The position numbers and the translations under genes were made by a program. DNA of 51,356 nt, taken from contig JAZDDZ010000048.1 in the NCBI GenBank assembly GCA_043809245.1, positions 1-51,356 of the forward strand, given 5' to 3'. This DNA comes from Candidatus Iainarchaeum sp. (GTDB lineage Archaea > Iainarchaeota > Iainarchaeia > Iainarchaeales > JAZDDZ01). Positions 1 to 10,035 of the stretch are shown piece after piece (the first letter of the stretch is position 1; each line of letters begins with the position of its first letter). The notes beneath the pieces were generated by a model. The model did not search any database and was not told the DNA's origin. It saw only the letters and a list, made by a program, of their open reading frames with translations.

Positions 1-1
1 C

Positions 2-97
2 CTAGACCGAAAAGTAACACCCTTTGGCAACTCAGCCAAAGCAGACGTGCCAATAAGATACGTAGGAAAACGCGCTTACGTGGTCATTTTGGGCTAA
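2..97 (+). CDS. 3' end of DUF2080-like (transposon-associated, AbrB-like) small protein; truncated by window edge
   Basis: Manual translation of frame 2 gives LDRKVTPFGNSAKADVPIRYVGKRAYVVILG*, matching the recalled family signature VTPFGNSAKxDVPxxYxGKRxYV; not in the ORF track. Confidence 0.7.
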   Translation, partial: LDRKVTPFGNSAKADVPIRYVGKRAYVVILG

Positions 98-185
98 AAA
101 CACCCAAAAAACCAAAATCACCTAATTTTGTCCCAAAGTCATAGTCAAGGGAAGAATTTTAAAGGCAAATAGCATTATTTATACA

Positions 186-3100
186 ATGAAAAGCGTAATC
201 ACCTTGTTTTTTTTTATCTTACTGTTTAGCTTTGCTTTTGCAGGCACACCGACTGCAACAATTGGCTCTGGCGGCACAAAAGGCCAGGCTCCGTTCACAG
301 TGCAGCTTTTAGGCGTAGGCATCGATGTCGGGGAGGACGGCACCTCAATGACAATGCAGTGGAATTTCGGGGATGGAAGCACTTCAACCGAATGGAACCC
401 AAAACACACTTACACTTCAGCGGGAACCTATGCCGCAACATTCACTGTGACGGACAGCGGCGGCAACAGTGATTCAGAGCAGATAACAATCACTGTTTCG
501 CCTGCAGGAACCCCTCCTCAAATCTCATACAAATATGTTACACCCACAGCAACAGGCTCGGGAAACGGAACGCAAGGCAGCCCCTGGACAGTGGCACAGG
601 CATACACCTTGGCGCAGCCGGGAGACATTGTGTTGTTTGCAGACGGCTATTATGATGTAAGCGGCAACACCCGCATAACAGTTTCAGGAACCCCAAGCGC
701 TCCAATCACTTACAAGGCACAGAACCCAAGGGGCGCGGTTTTGGACGGAAAATTCCTAAATATGCCGATTTCAGGAATGAATGTAAGCAATATAATAATC
801 GACGGGTTCGAAGCAAAGAATGCAATCTCAACATATAGCGGTGGCGGCAACCTTTCCGGCGGCGCAATCATGTTCTACTTTGGCTCGAATATTGTAATTA
901 AAAATTGCCTCATCCATGATGCGCATCATCAAGAGAATGCTGGCGGCATTAAAGTTAACAGTGTCAACAATGTGTTGATTGAGAATTGCGAAATTTATGA
1001 CGTTTACTATCCTGTTACCGCAGGGTCATACCTGCAGGATACCGCGGGCACATTCCAAGCCGGCATTTTCACCATGTCAGGCGGCGGTTACGGAAACCCG
1101 GGGAACGGACTTAACATAATCATTCGAAATAACCTGATATACAACGTCAATGACGGCATTTGGTTCAAGAACGGCGATTATGGGCCTGCATGGGTTTACA
1201 ATAATAAAATTACAAGTGTGCTTATTGGGGTCTGGGCGAGGCTGCAAAACACAAGAGTATTCCAGAACATAATTATAGGTGATCCTGCAAAAAATCAGTC
1301 CAACGGGCTAGGCATCGGAAACAGTAATTGGCCTTTGGAAAATTCATTCTTTTATAATAATACGTTAATCAACCCCCCCTACGGCATAAATATCGACTAC
1401 GCAATAAGTCCACAAATCTATAACAACATAGTTTATACGCCAACTGTTATAACCGGGCTGGGTGAGGCCCAGTGGGGCGCAATTAGATATAATAATGTAA
1501 CAACACTCATATCAAATTACAACGACTTATTCCAAAACCCTGTTGGAACAATCGGGTACGCAGATTATTCAACCCTTGCACAATGGCGTACTGCAACAGG
1601 CCAGGACATGCAGTCAATCAGCGCAGACCCATTGTTCGTGAATGCTGCCGCAGGGGACTATCGCCTGCAACCAACCTCCCCTGCAAGGGGAACAGGCCAG
1701 GGGGGAGTGAACATGGGAGCATACATTATCGGGAATGAGGTCATCGGATTGCTTGACGGCAGCACGCCTCCGGCATGCACTAACAACCAACAACAAAGCT
1801 GTTCCACTGGCTTGCCTGGAATATGTTCTGCTGGAACAAGAACCTGCACCAACCAAACATGGGGTGCTTGTGAACAGAACCAGCAGGCAACTGCCGAGGT
1901 GTGCGATGATTCCGGGAGCCTGGACGAGGACTGCGATGGCGAAAGCAACTGCAACGATTCGGACTGCTTCTCCGCACCAAACTGCCAGCAGGGAACTGGT
2001 TTTGCGAAAATCGATTTCGGAACAGGCAGCTCTCCAGTTATGGCGGAGTGGACGAATTATTCAGCGAGTGCATACTCTTCTTCAATTGGTTTTGGTTGGG
2101 AAAACACTTCAAGCATTTTCACAAGGGACAGGGGAACAGGAAACAACATGGAACGCGATTTACACCAAACAACTGTCACAAAAAACTTTTTGGTTGATGT
2201 TCCAAACGGAGCATACACTGTAACGCTTTACTTTTATGACTCTGCTTTCAGCCACAATGGAATGAATTTATCCCTCGAAGGAACGCAAGTGATAAACAAC
2301 TTGCAATTATCAGCCGGAACAAAATCAACGCAAACATTCAATGCAAGCGTTAATGACGGCCAGCTGACAATTGGTTTTTCCGGCTGCGAAACAGGGGGAT
2401 GCATAATAAACGGATTAGAGGTAATAGGCTCAGGAAGCAGCTGCACAGAAAACTGGTCATGCACGCAATGGAGTTCCTGCTCCAACGGAACGCAGACAAG
2501 AACCTGCACTGATTCAGCTGGCTGCGGAACAACAACGAACAAACCAGCGGAAACGCAAAGCTGTTCTTTGCCTGGCGCAGGAGTGATTTTCGAGGATGAT
2601 TTTGAGGGATGGCACGACCAAACCGGTTCCGGGGATGATGTTATCTGCAATCCAAGCAACAGCATAACCGCATGCAGGCCCGAGGGAAGCGAGTGGTGTA
2701 GACTTACTAACTGGCCTAATTACGGCCTGCCTGACACGCAAATACTTAATTACGGGGGGCGGCTTAACAGCAATTCTATGGCATTTAACACCGAATCCCG
2801 TGTTGCGCCAGCAGGAGGGATTACTGGCTGGCTGCCTGAAAAAAACCACGACGAACTATACTTCCGCTGGTACATGAAATATGATGAAACATGGAGCTGG
2901 TGGCCGAACCAGAACGGGCAAAAACTGGCAAGAATCGGATGGAATTCTGACACAAGCGTTGCCTGCCCTAGCCTTGAAGAGCATATTATTCCTGGTTGGG
3001 TATGGGGACGGATGGCTTATAGGATTGCACCAGGAACTGGAAGTATATATTCTAGCCCGGAAGTATGCCTGACTGATCTGGAAACATGCACAAAAAATTA

Positions 3101-3794
3101 TGGTTTCGGAAACTGGATTTCACTGGAGACATATGTCAAACTTAACACCGTTGGCCAGAGTGATGGAATCTTAACCAGTTGGATGAACGGCAGGAAAGTC
3201 CTCAATAGTAACGAAGTAATATTAAGGACAAGTGATGTGCACATAAACCGCATCAATTTCCCTGACAACATCATTTACACCAACCAGCCAGGCTCTTCAG
3301 CCGTTCCCTGGCTTCCGCCCGAGGAAAAGCCAATGTGGCTGGACGATTTTGTAATAAGCACCAATTACATCGGCCCGGAAGAATGCCCCAATGGCACAGA
3401 GATAACAATGGAAAACGTAGGCACATGCTACTGCGGAACAAGCACGCCAAACCCCGCTTGCTCTGCAACAAACACAGCAGCATGCACAGGAATAGTTGAA
3501 TCCGGCTACTGCTGCAGTGGCTCCTGGCAAACAACAAGCTGCACTCCCGCAATACAATGCACAGTAAACATAGCAACGCCCTGCACGATTTCAATTGCGG
3601 GAGGAACAATCAACTCCTGCTCACAGCAAAACCTAATCTACCAGTATAACACGACAAGCCCGGTAAACCATGCAGTGAACGGCTTGCAGGCAAGCAAAGC
3701 ATACGACATCAAAATAGAGAACACGACAACTGGAACAACGCAAAACAAAACCGCTAATTCAAATGATTCGGGGGTTTTGCAGTTCGGTTCCTGA
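186..3794 (+). CDS. Large secreted multidomain protein: signal peptide, PKD, right-handed beta-helix, Cys-rich linkers, galactose-binding-like module, polysaccharide-lyase-like jelly-roll
   Basis: Hydrophobic N-terminus; WNFGDG PKD motif; repeated IIRNNLIY/FYNNT beta-helix rungs; KIDFG...FLVDVPNGAYTV module; ELYFRWYMKY...VKLNTVGQSDGIL..WMNG lyase-like motif. Confidence 0.75.
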   Translation: MKSVITLFFFILLFSFAFAGTPTATIGSGGTKGQAPFTVQLLGVGIDVGEDGTSMTMQWNFGDGSTSTEWNPKHTYTSAGTYAATFTVTDSGGNSDSEQITITVSPAGTPPQISYKYVTPTATGSGNGTQGSPWTVAQAYTLAQPGDIVLFADGYYDVSGNTRITVSGTPSAPITYKAQNPRGAVLDGKFLNMPISGMNVSNIIIDGFEAKNAISTYSGGGNLSGGAIMFYFGSNIVIKNCLIHDAHHQENAGGIKVNSVNNVLIENCEIYDVYYPVTAGSYLQDTAGTFQAGIFTMSGGGYGNPGNGLNIIIRNNLIYNVNDGIWFKNGDYGPAWVYNNKITSVLIGVWARLQNTRVFQNIIIGDPAKNQSNGLGIGNSNWPLENSFFYNNTLINPPYGINIDYAISPQIYNNIVYTPTVITGLGEAQWGAIRYNNVTTLISNYNDLFQNPVGTIGYADYSTLAQWRTATGQDMQSISADPLFVNAAAGDYRLQPTSPARGTGQGGVNMGAYIIGNEVIGLLDGSTPPACTNNQQQSCSTGLPGICSAGTRTCTNQTWGACEQNQQATAEVCDDSGSLDEDCDGESNCNDSDCFSAPNCQQGTGFAKIDFGTGSSPVMAEWTNYSASAYSSSIGFGWENTSSIFTRDRGTGNNMERDLHQTTVTKNFLVDVPNGAYTVTLYFYDSAFSHNGMNLSLEGTQVINNLQLSAGTKSTQTFNASVNDGQLTIGFSGCETGGCIINGLEVIGSGSSCTENWSCTQWSSCSNGTQTRTCTDSAGCGTTTNKPAETQSCSLPGAGVIFEDDFEGWHDQTGSGDDVICNPSNSITACRPEGSEWCRLTNWPNYGLPDTQILNYGGRLNSNSMAFNTESRVAPAGGITGWLPEKNHDELYFRWYMKYDETWSWWPNQNGQKLARIGWNSDTSVACPSLEEHIIPGWVWGRMAYRIAPGTGSIYSSPEVCLTDLETCTKNYGFGNWISLETYVKLNTVGQSDGILTSWMNGRKVLNSNEVILRTSDVHINRINFPDNIIYTNQPGSSAVPWLPPEEKPMWLDDFVISTNYIGPEECPNGTEITMENVGTCYCGTSTPNPACSATNTAACTGIVESGYCCSGSWQTTSCTPAIQCTVNIATPCTISIAGGTINSCSQQNLIYQYNTTSPVNHAVNGLQASKAYDIKIENTTTGTTQNKTANSNDSGVLQFGS

Positions 3795-3800
3795 CTTGTT

Positions 3801-4577
3801 TTAATCAGATTCAATCCTTGGCGCCAAAAAATAGGTAATGGTTGCTTCGCCGATTTTGTAGGAAATTCTTACAGGCGCATTTGCCTTCAGGTTAAGGTCT
3901 ATTTCCGTTCCAGAATCAGCTGCCTTTAACATGTCAGCAAGGTAATCCAATGGAAACATTGCCTTTGCCTCCTTTTTAACTTTTAGTTCGCTTAATGTTT
4001 TCTCCTTTTTCGTTGTCTCATGGTTTAAGGTGCCTTTGCTTGAATGCGCTTTCATGAAAAACTTTTCAGCGTCAACCCCCAGTGAAATGTGCGTGCCGAT
4101 AAGCGAAGCGTCCTTTAACCCGTCCTGAATGACTGATGCGTTGATTTTTATTTCCGCGTCAAAGTCAATTTTCGGGCTCGGCAAATCAACGCTGCTCACG
4201 TCAATCAATGGGAGGGAAAAGCTTCTCTTGGCTTTTCCGCTGAATTCAAGCAAAAGGTTTGTTGCCTTTTCATCAACCGAAATTCGCAGTTCCTCTCCGG
4301 CTTTAGCGCGGGACATTATCTGCGAAAGATAGTCTAAGTCCACGCCTATTTTTGACTGCCTTTCAACCTTGAATTTTTTGAAAGCCTTTTCCCCCAATTC
4401 AAAGTCAACCATTGAAATCTGCGATGGATCAGTTGCCTTCAAAGTCAAGCCGTTTGCGCCAATCAAAAATTCGGCTTCATCCACAAGCACTGCAATAGAG
4501 TCAATGCAGCGCTTGAAAAGAGTCGCATCAGCCAATTCGAGTTCAATCATTTTTCTCACTTTTCTTTCTCTAGCCAT
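3801..4577 (-). CDS. pcn: DNA polymerase sliding clamp PCNA
   Basis: LKATDPSQISMVD and C-terminal YFLAPRIE motifs; 258 aa. Confidence 0.97.
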   Translation of the reverse strand: MARERKVRKMIELELADATLFKRCIDSIAVLVDEAEFLIGANGLTLKATDPSQISMVDFELGEKAFKKFKVERQSKIGVDLDYLSQIMSRAKAGEELRISVDEKATNLLLEFSGKAKRSFSLPLIDVSSVDLPSPKIDFDAEIKINASVIQDGLKDASLIGTHISLGVDAEKFFMKAHSSKGTLNHETTKKEKTLSELKVKKEAKAMFPLDYLADMLKAADSGTEIDLNLKANAPVRISYKIGEATITYFLAPRIESD

Positions 4578-4606
4578 TTGTGGTGGGCAAGAAATTTAAA
4601 CCCCAT

Positions 4607-5356
4607 TCACGGAAACTGGCAGCCGTATGGGTTCCTGCAGCCGAACAAAAGCGTTGGCAAATCGTCAAAGAAAATGAGCTTGACGTAGCCAACCAATGGA
4701 ATCTTCAGAACCGCCCTTCCCTGTATTTTATCTGCTTTAACAGGGTAGAGGTTAATGCATTGCTTTGAAACAATCACGCTTGAACCGTTCACGGAAACCG
4801 TTCCGCAGTCCTCGTCAACGCCTGTATTGTGGTCGCCCTTGGTTAAAAGATAGACGCCGTCCTTTGCCAATAGCTTTGCAATAGCGCGGTGGATTATGGG
4901 TTCCGCGCGGATGTCGGAGTTGTAAACCACGGTATCTCCTGTACCAATCTGCTGGAATGCAAGCGACTGGCCGTCCTTGAACAGGATAACGCGTTGAATG
5001 GAATCCAATTCAGCAATCGTTGAAAGCGGAACTTTTTCAAGGGAAGGCAAACCCGTGTCAATTTCAGGCGCGTTTATTTGTTCCGGGGCAACTCCCTGCA
5101 AAACAATCACGTCGCCCCTGTACATTGTTGGCTCCATTGAACCGCTAACAACAATAACCATTGGAGAGCCAGTGCCGAGAATAAAGCCGAGAATTGAGTA
5201 AATCGCAAAGGCGAAAACAAATGCGCTTACAAGATAGACTGCCCATGAAATAACTTCATTGTTTTTCGGGTTAATTTTTGGCATCAAGAAAAGGTCAACG
5301 TAAGTAAAGGGGTCAAGCCACTTGAGCTTTTCCCTGAATTCCTTCCAAGCGGGCAT
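4607..5356 (-). CDS. sec11: Signal peptidase I (archaeal Sec11/S26B type)
   Basis: TM helix followed by VVSGSMEP, IIHR and TKGDHN motifs. Confidence 0.93.
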   Translation of the reverse strand: MPAWKEFREKLKWLDPFTYVDLFLMPKINPKNNEVISWAVYLVSAFVFAFAIYSILGFILGTGSPMVIVVSGSMEPTMYRGDVIVLQGVAPEQINAPEIDTGLPSLEKVPLSTIAELDSIQRVILFKDGQSLAFQQIGTGDTVVYNSDIRAEPIIHRAIAKLLAKDGVYLLTKGDHNTGVDEDCGTVSVNGSSVIVSKQCINLYPVKADKIQGRAVLKIPLVGYVKLIFFDDLPTLLFGCRNPYGCQFP

Positions 5357-5402
5357 ACAAAAAAAAGCATTGGAAACGGTTTAAAAAACCCGCGCAGAAA
5401 TC

Positions 5403-5430
5403 CGCACCGGAAATCCACTCTGTTCCGAAA
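5403..5430 (+). promoter_or_regulatory. Shared upstream motif, copy A (CGCACCGGAAATCCACTCTGTTCCGAAA), followed by TATA-like TTTAATTA
   Basis: Near-identical copies at 16503-16532(-), 29424-29449(+) and 30393-30420(+), each about 30-45 nt upstream of a start codon. Confidence 0.75.
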
Positions 5431-5474
5431 CCATTTAATTAAAAGAAAAAGCAATTGTTTCAGGAGGTGGGCAA

Positions 5475-5723
5475 ATGAATTCTCCGTTAAAGAAATTCAG
5501 CGCCGGCGCAATCCAGGTTGCGGTGTGGGAAAACAACGGCTCAGAGGGAAAGGTATTCCAATCAGTTTCAATTGACAGGCGATACAAGGACAAGAAAGGC
5601 GAATGGAAAAGCACTCACTCGTTAAAGCCAAGCGATGTCCCGAAAGCAATTGTTGCACTGCAGAAGGCATACGAGTTCGTTGTATTGAAGGAAACCGGCG
5701 CAGAAGTACAGATTGCAGAGTGA
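5475..5723 (+). CDS. Small PC4/Sub1-like putative ssDNA-binding protein
   Basis: IQVAVWEN...SVSIDRRYKDKKGEWKST..L pattern; strong SD GGAGGTG upstream. Confidence 0.65.
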   Translation: MNSPLKKFSAGAIQVAVWENNGSEGKVFQSVSIDRRYKDKKGEWKSTHSLKPSDVPKAIVALQKAYEFVVLKETGAEVQIAE

Positions 5724-5770
5724 AAAATGCAGCAGGCCGAAGAGGCAGCAAAAAAGGGTTAGGCGGCGCC

Positions 5771-6196
5771 ATGCAGAAAAGATTCTACGTTGACACCTCG
5801 GCGTGGAGGGACTTCCTGGAGAACAGGAGCGACGGCTTAAGGCCTTTGGGCGAGTTCGCCTTCAGGTTTTTGAATAAATGCAGGGAAAATCAATGCATAA
5901 TCTTTGTCTCAGATGTGGTCAAAGTAGAACTTGAGAAAGATATCTCTAAGGAAAGAATAATGGCAATGTTTTCTCCCTTCGAAGAAATCATAAGGCACAT
6001 ATCTGCCACAACCAGGGAGTTTTCAAATGCAAAGAACGAATGGATTAAAAGAGGGAAAAATTTGCCGTTCAACGACATTTTTCATGCAGTTATTGCCAAA
6101 AGCCACGGCGCCACATTGGTTTCAAGGGACAGGCACTTTGATTTGCTTGACCATGTTGTGGAAGTGAAAAAACCAGAGGAACTCATTTTTTGTTAA
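5771..6196 (+). CDS. PIN-domain (VapC-like) ribonuclease
   Basis: FYVDTSAW, ND..HA and LVSRDRHF motifs; start moved from the track's 5603 to ATG 5771. Confidence 0.9.
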   Translation: MQKRFYVDTSAWRDFLENRSDGLRPLGEFAFRFLNKCRENQCIIFVSDVVKVELEKDISKERIMAMFSPFEEIIRHISATTREFSNAKNEWIKRGKNLPFNDIFHAVIAKSHGATLVSRDRHFDLLDHVVEVKKPEELIFC

Positions 6197-6485
6197 GCCC
6201 GAATTTTTTTTCAAAGTGTTCCCTCAATTCTTTGCTTCCCTCGTTGCTTCTCCAGTTATGCCATTCCTCGTAGGTTTTGAACCTCATTTTTCCCTTGAAT
6301 GCGCCTTTCAGTGAAAGCAGCTTGTCCCAAGCCTCATCCGTCCGCCTTTTCTCTTCCAGCTCTTTCAGCTTGCTTCTGATTGCGTCGCGGATGAATTCTG
6401 TTTTCGTGGAGTAATTGAATTCGCGCATAACTTCGCTTATCTGCTTTGCTATTCCGCCTTCCAGCTTTAAGCTTACATTCTCCAT
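6183..6485 (-). CDS. Ribbon-helix-helix (CopG/NikR-like) regulator, putative antitoxin
   Basis: VSLKLE...YSTKTEFIRDAIR RHH pattern. Confidence 0.85.
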   Translation of the reverse strand: MENVSLKLEGGIAKQISEVMREFNYSTKTEFIRDAIRSKLKELEEKRRTDEAWDKLLSLKGAFKGKMRFKTYEEWHNWRSNEGSKELREHFEKKFGLNKK

Positions 6486-6487
6486 AC

Positions 6488-6506
6488 TACTTAGTAGTAC
6501 TAAGTA
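6488..6506. promoter_or_regulatory. Perfect inverted repeat TACTTAGTA-G-TACTAAGTA, probable RHH autoregulatory operator
   Basis: 9-bp arms with 1-nt spacer, 2 nt upstream of the RHH start codon. Confidence 0.65.
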
Positions 6507-6536
6507 ATCCTTAAAAAATATGCAGTTTATGGCGCT

Positions 6537-7103
6537 TCAAGGAGGCGTGCTTTCCCCGAGCGTCACGCCCGAGGCAATCAGGTGTGCAAGGCGCACGGGC
6601 TCGGGAAGGTTTGAGTGCAGCAGGAGCTTTTTTATTACAAGCTTTGCTGCCTGGGTTTCGCAGCCAATGCACTGGAAGTGCATTTGCCTGAACTCGTGTA
6701 TTGGCCCGGCTTTTTTTATCAGTTCAAGCCTTTTCTCCGAATCAGGGAGCCTGCTCAACGCTGCCTCGATTTTTTTCATGCGCGGCTTTTTCCTGAAAAC
6801 AACTATAACTGGCTTGGAAAATTTTTTGAACAGCTTTTGCGCGTCAGCAACGTTGAAGCCCGCAAAGTTTATGCCGCTTAAAAGAATGAATGAAACCTGC
6901 GGCAAAAATTTGCTTTCGGAAACAAGGCGAATTAGTTTTTGCGTTGCATCAAGGCCGTCAACTGTTATGTGAGTTGAAACAATGCCTTCAATGCGCGCGT
7001 CATTTCGGTAAACCACGCCAACAAGCGTTGAGTGCCTGCTTTTCCTCGGCTCAAAATAGCCGTCATCGAACGCGATTACGCGGATGAATTTTTTCAGGTT
7101 CAT
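6537..7103 (-). CDS. DUF99 family (endonuclease V-like) protein
   Basis: VIAFDD, VDGLDAT, GINFAGFNV and PEPVRLAHLIASG motifs. Confidence 0.9.
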   Translation of the reverse strand: MNLKKFIRVIAFDDGYFEPRKSRHSTLVGVVYRNDARIEGIVSTHITVDGLDATQKLIRLVSESKFLPQVSFILLSGINFAGFNVADAQKLFKKFSKPVIVVFRKKPRMKKIEAALSRLPDSEKRLELIKKAGPIHEFRQMHFQCIGCETQAAKLVIKKLLLHSNLPEPVRLAHLIASGVTLGESTPP

Positions 7104-7375
7104 TTCATCGCTTTCTTGAATCCTTTCTCGAAGTCATCCAAATCCTTTTCTATTTCGCCGCATGCCTCTGCCAAAGCCTTTGAAGGGGTTTTGCTTGAGG
7201 TCCTTAAAACAAAATGCGACCTGTTGTCAGTTGGGTGGTCGAGAAGGAATGAAACAAACTCCACGTTTTTGTCGCCCAACAGCTTTGTTTTCAAAAGGTT
7301 GGGAAACGTATAGCGCTCTCCCTCTACATAGAATTCAATCAGGTTTTTTTCGTTTTTCACTACGCTTAATTTCAT
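7100..7375 (-). CDS. rpoL: DNA-directed RNA polymerase subunit L (Rpo11)
   Basis: GERYTFPNLL...DHP motif; conserved csl4-rpoL-DUF99 gene order. Confidence 0.92.
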   Translation of the reverse strand: MKLSVVKNEKNLIEFYVEGERYTFPNLLKTKLLGDKNVEFVSFLLDHPTDNRSHFVLRTSSKTPSKALAEACGEIEKDLDDFEKGFKKAMK

Positions 7376-7401
7376 TAAAACACCTCTTTATCCGAAAAAA
7401 T

Positions 7402-7971
7402 TCACTTAAGCATGTAATCGCTTGAAATTTTCCTCGGCTCTGTCCTGCCGCAACAAGGGCATTTCAATTGCTCGCCTATCATGTGCAGCGGCTTCCTGCA
7501 TTTAACGCAGAATGCCTTTACAACGCCGAAGCTTTTGTCCTTTGTGTTCAGGTCGATTCCGTAATTGGTTACAGTAACAACGCCGGCCTTCACGATGTCC
7601 CCAACCCTGAACATGTCGCTCAGGAATTTCACATAACCCTGGCTAACATTGAATACCGGGAGAGATGCAAAAGTGTTAAGGATTGTGCGCGGCTCGTTGT
7701 TTTTTTCAGCCTTGAATAATTCAATTAAAACGCTTTGCTCTTTGACCAACGCAACTTTTCCGTAGGCAATGCTGCCTGGTTCAAGCGGCTTGACTTCCTT
7801 GGAAATTTTTTTCACTTTAACTTCCCTGCGCTTGTGGTCAAATTCCGGCACGCCGATGCATTCGCTTAACACATTCCCGTTCCCGTCCTCGAACGTGTTC
7901 TTGCCGCCCACAAACTCTTCTTCAATTCCAAGGAATTCCCCTGGAACAACCAATTGCTTTTTTTCCATCAT
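7402..7971 (-). CDS. csl4: Exosome complex RNA-binding protein Csl4
   Basis: VVPGEFLGIEEEF, S1 domain (FRVGDIVKA), C-terminal zinc ribbon C..C...CP.C and RKIS; start placed at ATG 7971. Confidence 0.95.
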   Translation of the reverse strand: MMEKKQLVVPGEFLGIEEEFVGGKNTFEDGNGNVLSECIGVPEFDHKRREVKVKKISKEVKPLEPGSIAYGKVALVKEQSVLIELFKAEKNNEPRTILNTFASLPVFNVSQGYVKFLSDMFRVGDIVKAGVVTVTNYGIDLNTKDKSFGVVKAFCVKCRKPLHMIGEQLKCPCCGRTEPRKISSDYMLK

Positions 7972-8079
7972 GCGAATTCTTTCCAGTAAAAGCCAAAAAT
8001 CAGCCTTAATGTATAAATAATTCTTCCTCAAGGAAATTTATTTAAAATAGGGTGTTTGCAGTCTTATACCGGGGAGAGA

Positions 8080-8985
8080 ATGGTTTTAGAGCTCATTTTA
8101 AGCGTTGTGGCATTAAGGCGCCATCCTTTCAACATGCTGTTCCTTTCCTTCCTGCTTTCAAGCATTGCATTGTTTGTAAGCTATTACACTTTCCCTGAAA
8201 GCTCAAGCATTTTAGCGCTTGCATTCGTTACAATTGCCTTGATGCCGATAATTGAAAGGATGCTTGTGGAAGAAGAGGAAGAAGAGGCAGTTAAGCCAGG
8301 TTCTCCAGGCAGTTTTCTCGCAAGGCACTTTGACCTTGTAGAGGTTTACGCCTGGTTCTTCATTGGCCTGGTGCTTAGCTATGGCTTCTGGTATGCCGTG
8401 CTTCCCGCAACAGCGCCGGCTTCATGCATTACTGATGCGTCCTTCCAGTGGGACTGCATTTTGCCCGCAAAAGACAAGGTTTTCGCTGAACAGGAAAAAA
8501 CCTGGAGCGTGATAAGCGGCTGGCAGAGCATGACTGGAAAAATCACTGGCTTTGTAGGGATAGGACCGGAAAGCTGTTTGGGGCAACAAAAGGAATTGCT
8601 TGCATGCACTGAATTCATTTACTTGAACAATTCCTTTGTGCTGGTGCTCGCAATATTTTTCTCCATTCTCTGGGGCGCGGGAGCGGTCTTTTTGCTTGGA
8701 TGGAACGCCTCGGTCATTGGATTGTTCATTGGCAAAGAGGCATTAAGCGGAATCGGGCCAGGGGTGCAGAGGGCAATAAGCTATCTGCCGCATGGAATTC
8801 CCGAAGTCTCAGGCTACTTCATTGGCGCAATTGCGGGGGGAATAATTTCCGCGCTTGTGACAAAAAGAAGATACAAACGCCACGAACTCTCAACAATCGC
8901 AATGGACGCATTCGTGCTAATATGCCTTGCATTCATCATTCTCTTTATCGGCGCGCTTATTGAAGCGTGGCTGATTGTGGGATGA
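8080..8985 (+). CDS. SpoIIM/DUF95 family integral membrane protein
   Basis: Multiple TM helices; IYLNN, WNASVIG and LPHGIPE motifs. Confidence 0.85.
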   Translation: MVLELILSVVALRRHPFNMLFLSFLLSSIALFVSYYTFPESSSILALAFVTIALMPIIERMLVEEEEEEAVKPGSPGSFLARHFDLVEVYAWFFIGLVLSYGFWYAVLPATAPASCITDASFQWDCILPAKDKVFAEQEKTWSVISGWQSMTGKITGFVGIGPESCLGQQKELLACTEFIYLNNSFVLVLAIFFSILWGAGAVFLLGWNASVIGLFIGKEALSGIGPGVQRAISYLPHGIPEVSGYFIGAIAGGIISALVTKRRYKRHELSTIAMDAFVLICLAFIILFIGALIEAWLIVG

Positions 8986-9002
8986 CCAGTTAAAAAAAAG
9001 TT

Positions 9003-9959
9003 TCACTTTTTCTTTTTCCCGTTTTTTTCCACTATTGCCTGTAGCGCGGGAGCGTATTTTCTGAATAGCTCTTCTAGTTCCCCTGATTGTTTTCCGCCAA
9101 TCCTTCCGCCAACTGCTTCGGCTAACCTGCTTATCTCCATGGGAAAAATGAATTTAGTGGATTTGCCTTCGCCTAATTTCTCAAGCGCGCGGATGTAATA
9201 GTATGCGAGCGCCTTGTCGCTTAACTGTTCCGCGGCTTCCCTTACCGCGTCGATTTCCGCCTGATGGGCCTTTGCTTCCTCCATTCGCCCAAGCTTTCTC
9301 TGCACTGCTGCCTTTTCCTCATGCATTGCGTCCATGACTGTCTTTGGAATTTGGACGTCCTTTATTTCAACTGACGTGCATTCAACTCCCCAGTCCTTGG
9401 AGATGGCTGTAAGGCCTTCCTTGAGTTTGGTGTTAAGGGTCTCAATGTTTGAAATCACTTCATTCAATGGCATTGAGCCGACAATGTCACGAATTGAAGC
9501 AAGGACATAAAGCACCAAAGCCCGCTTGTAGTCCTCTACTTCAATCACTGCCCTGTAAACTGATTCCGCGTCCTTTTTCACCCTCACGTAAAGAATTGCG
9601 TCAATGTTCAGCTCTATGCCATCCGCGGTTATCACGTCCTGTTTTGGAATGTCAACTGTCTGAATGCGCGTGTCAATTTTCACGTACTCGTCAATCGGCT
9701 GAAAAATAACCACCCAGCCGGGCCCCACAACCCTGTGGAATTTGTCAAAGCGGAAAATTACAGCGCGCTCGTATTCCTTTAACTGGAGAACGTAATCGTA
9801 ACGCCATAAAAGGAAGAGAATTGCAGCAGCAATCGCAACCAAGACAAGGTTCTGCACTATTATTTCCTGGAACTGCAGCAAAAGGAATAAAAGAAAGAAA
9901 ACCAGTGCAACCATTAAAAGGAAAAAAACCTGCTTTATCTGCCTTGCCTGCATCTCCAC
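9003..9959 (-). CDS. SPFH/band-7 (stomatin-like) protein
   Basis: EYERAVIFR, QDVITAD and WGVECTSVEIKDV motifs; N-terminal TM helices. Confidence 0.92.
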   Translation of the reverse strand: MEMQARQIKQVFFLLMVALVFFLLFLLLQFQEIIVQNLVLVAIAAAILFLLWRYDYVLQLKEYERAVIFRFDKFHRVVGPGWVVIFQPIDEYVKIDTRIQTVDIPKQDVITADGIELNIDAILYVRVKKDAESVYRAVIEVEDYKRALVLYVLASIRDIVGSMPLNEVISNIETLNTKLKEGLTAISKDWGVECTSVEIKDVQIPKTVMDAMHEEKAAVQRKLGRMEEAKAHQAEIDAVREAAEQLSDKALAYYYIRALEKLGEGKSTKFIFPMEISRLAEAVGGRIGGKQSGELEELFRKYAPALQAIVEKNGKKKK

Positions 9960-10035
9960 ACCCCAATTGCCTTATATCCGTTTCACAGATAATATTAAAT
10001 ATGAACTTAATTTAATATATAATAGTTAGCCTGCT

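Noticed and set aside
5603-5770. N-terminal extension of the PIN ORF as called in the track
   Set aside because: It overlaps the PC4-like gene; PIN homology begins at ATG 5771
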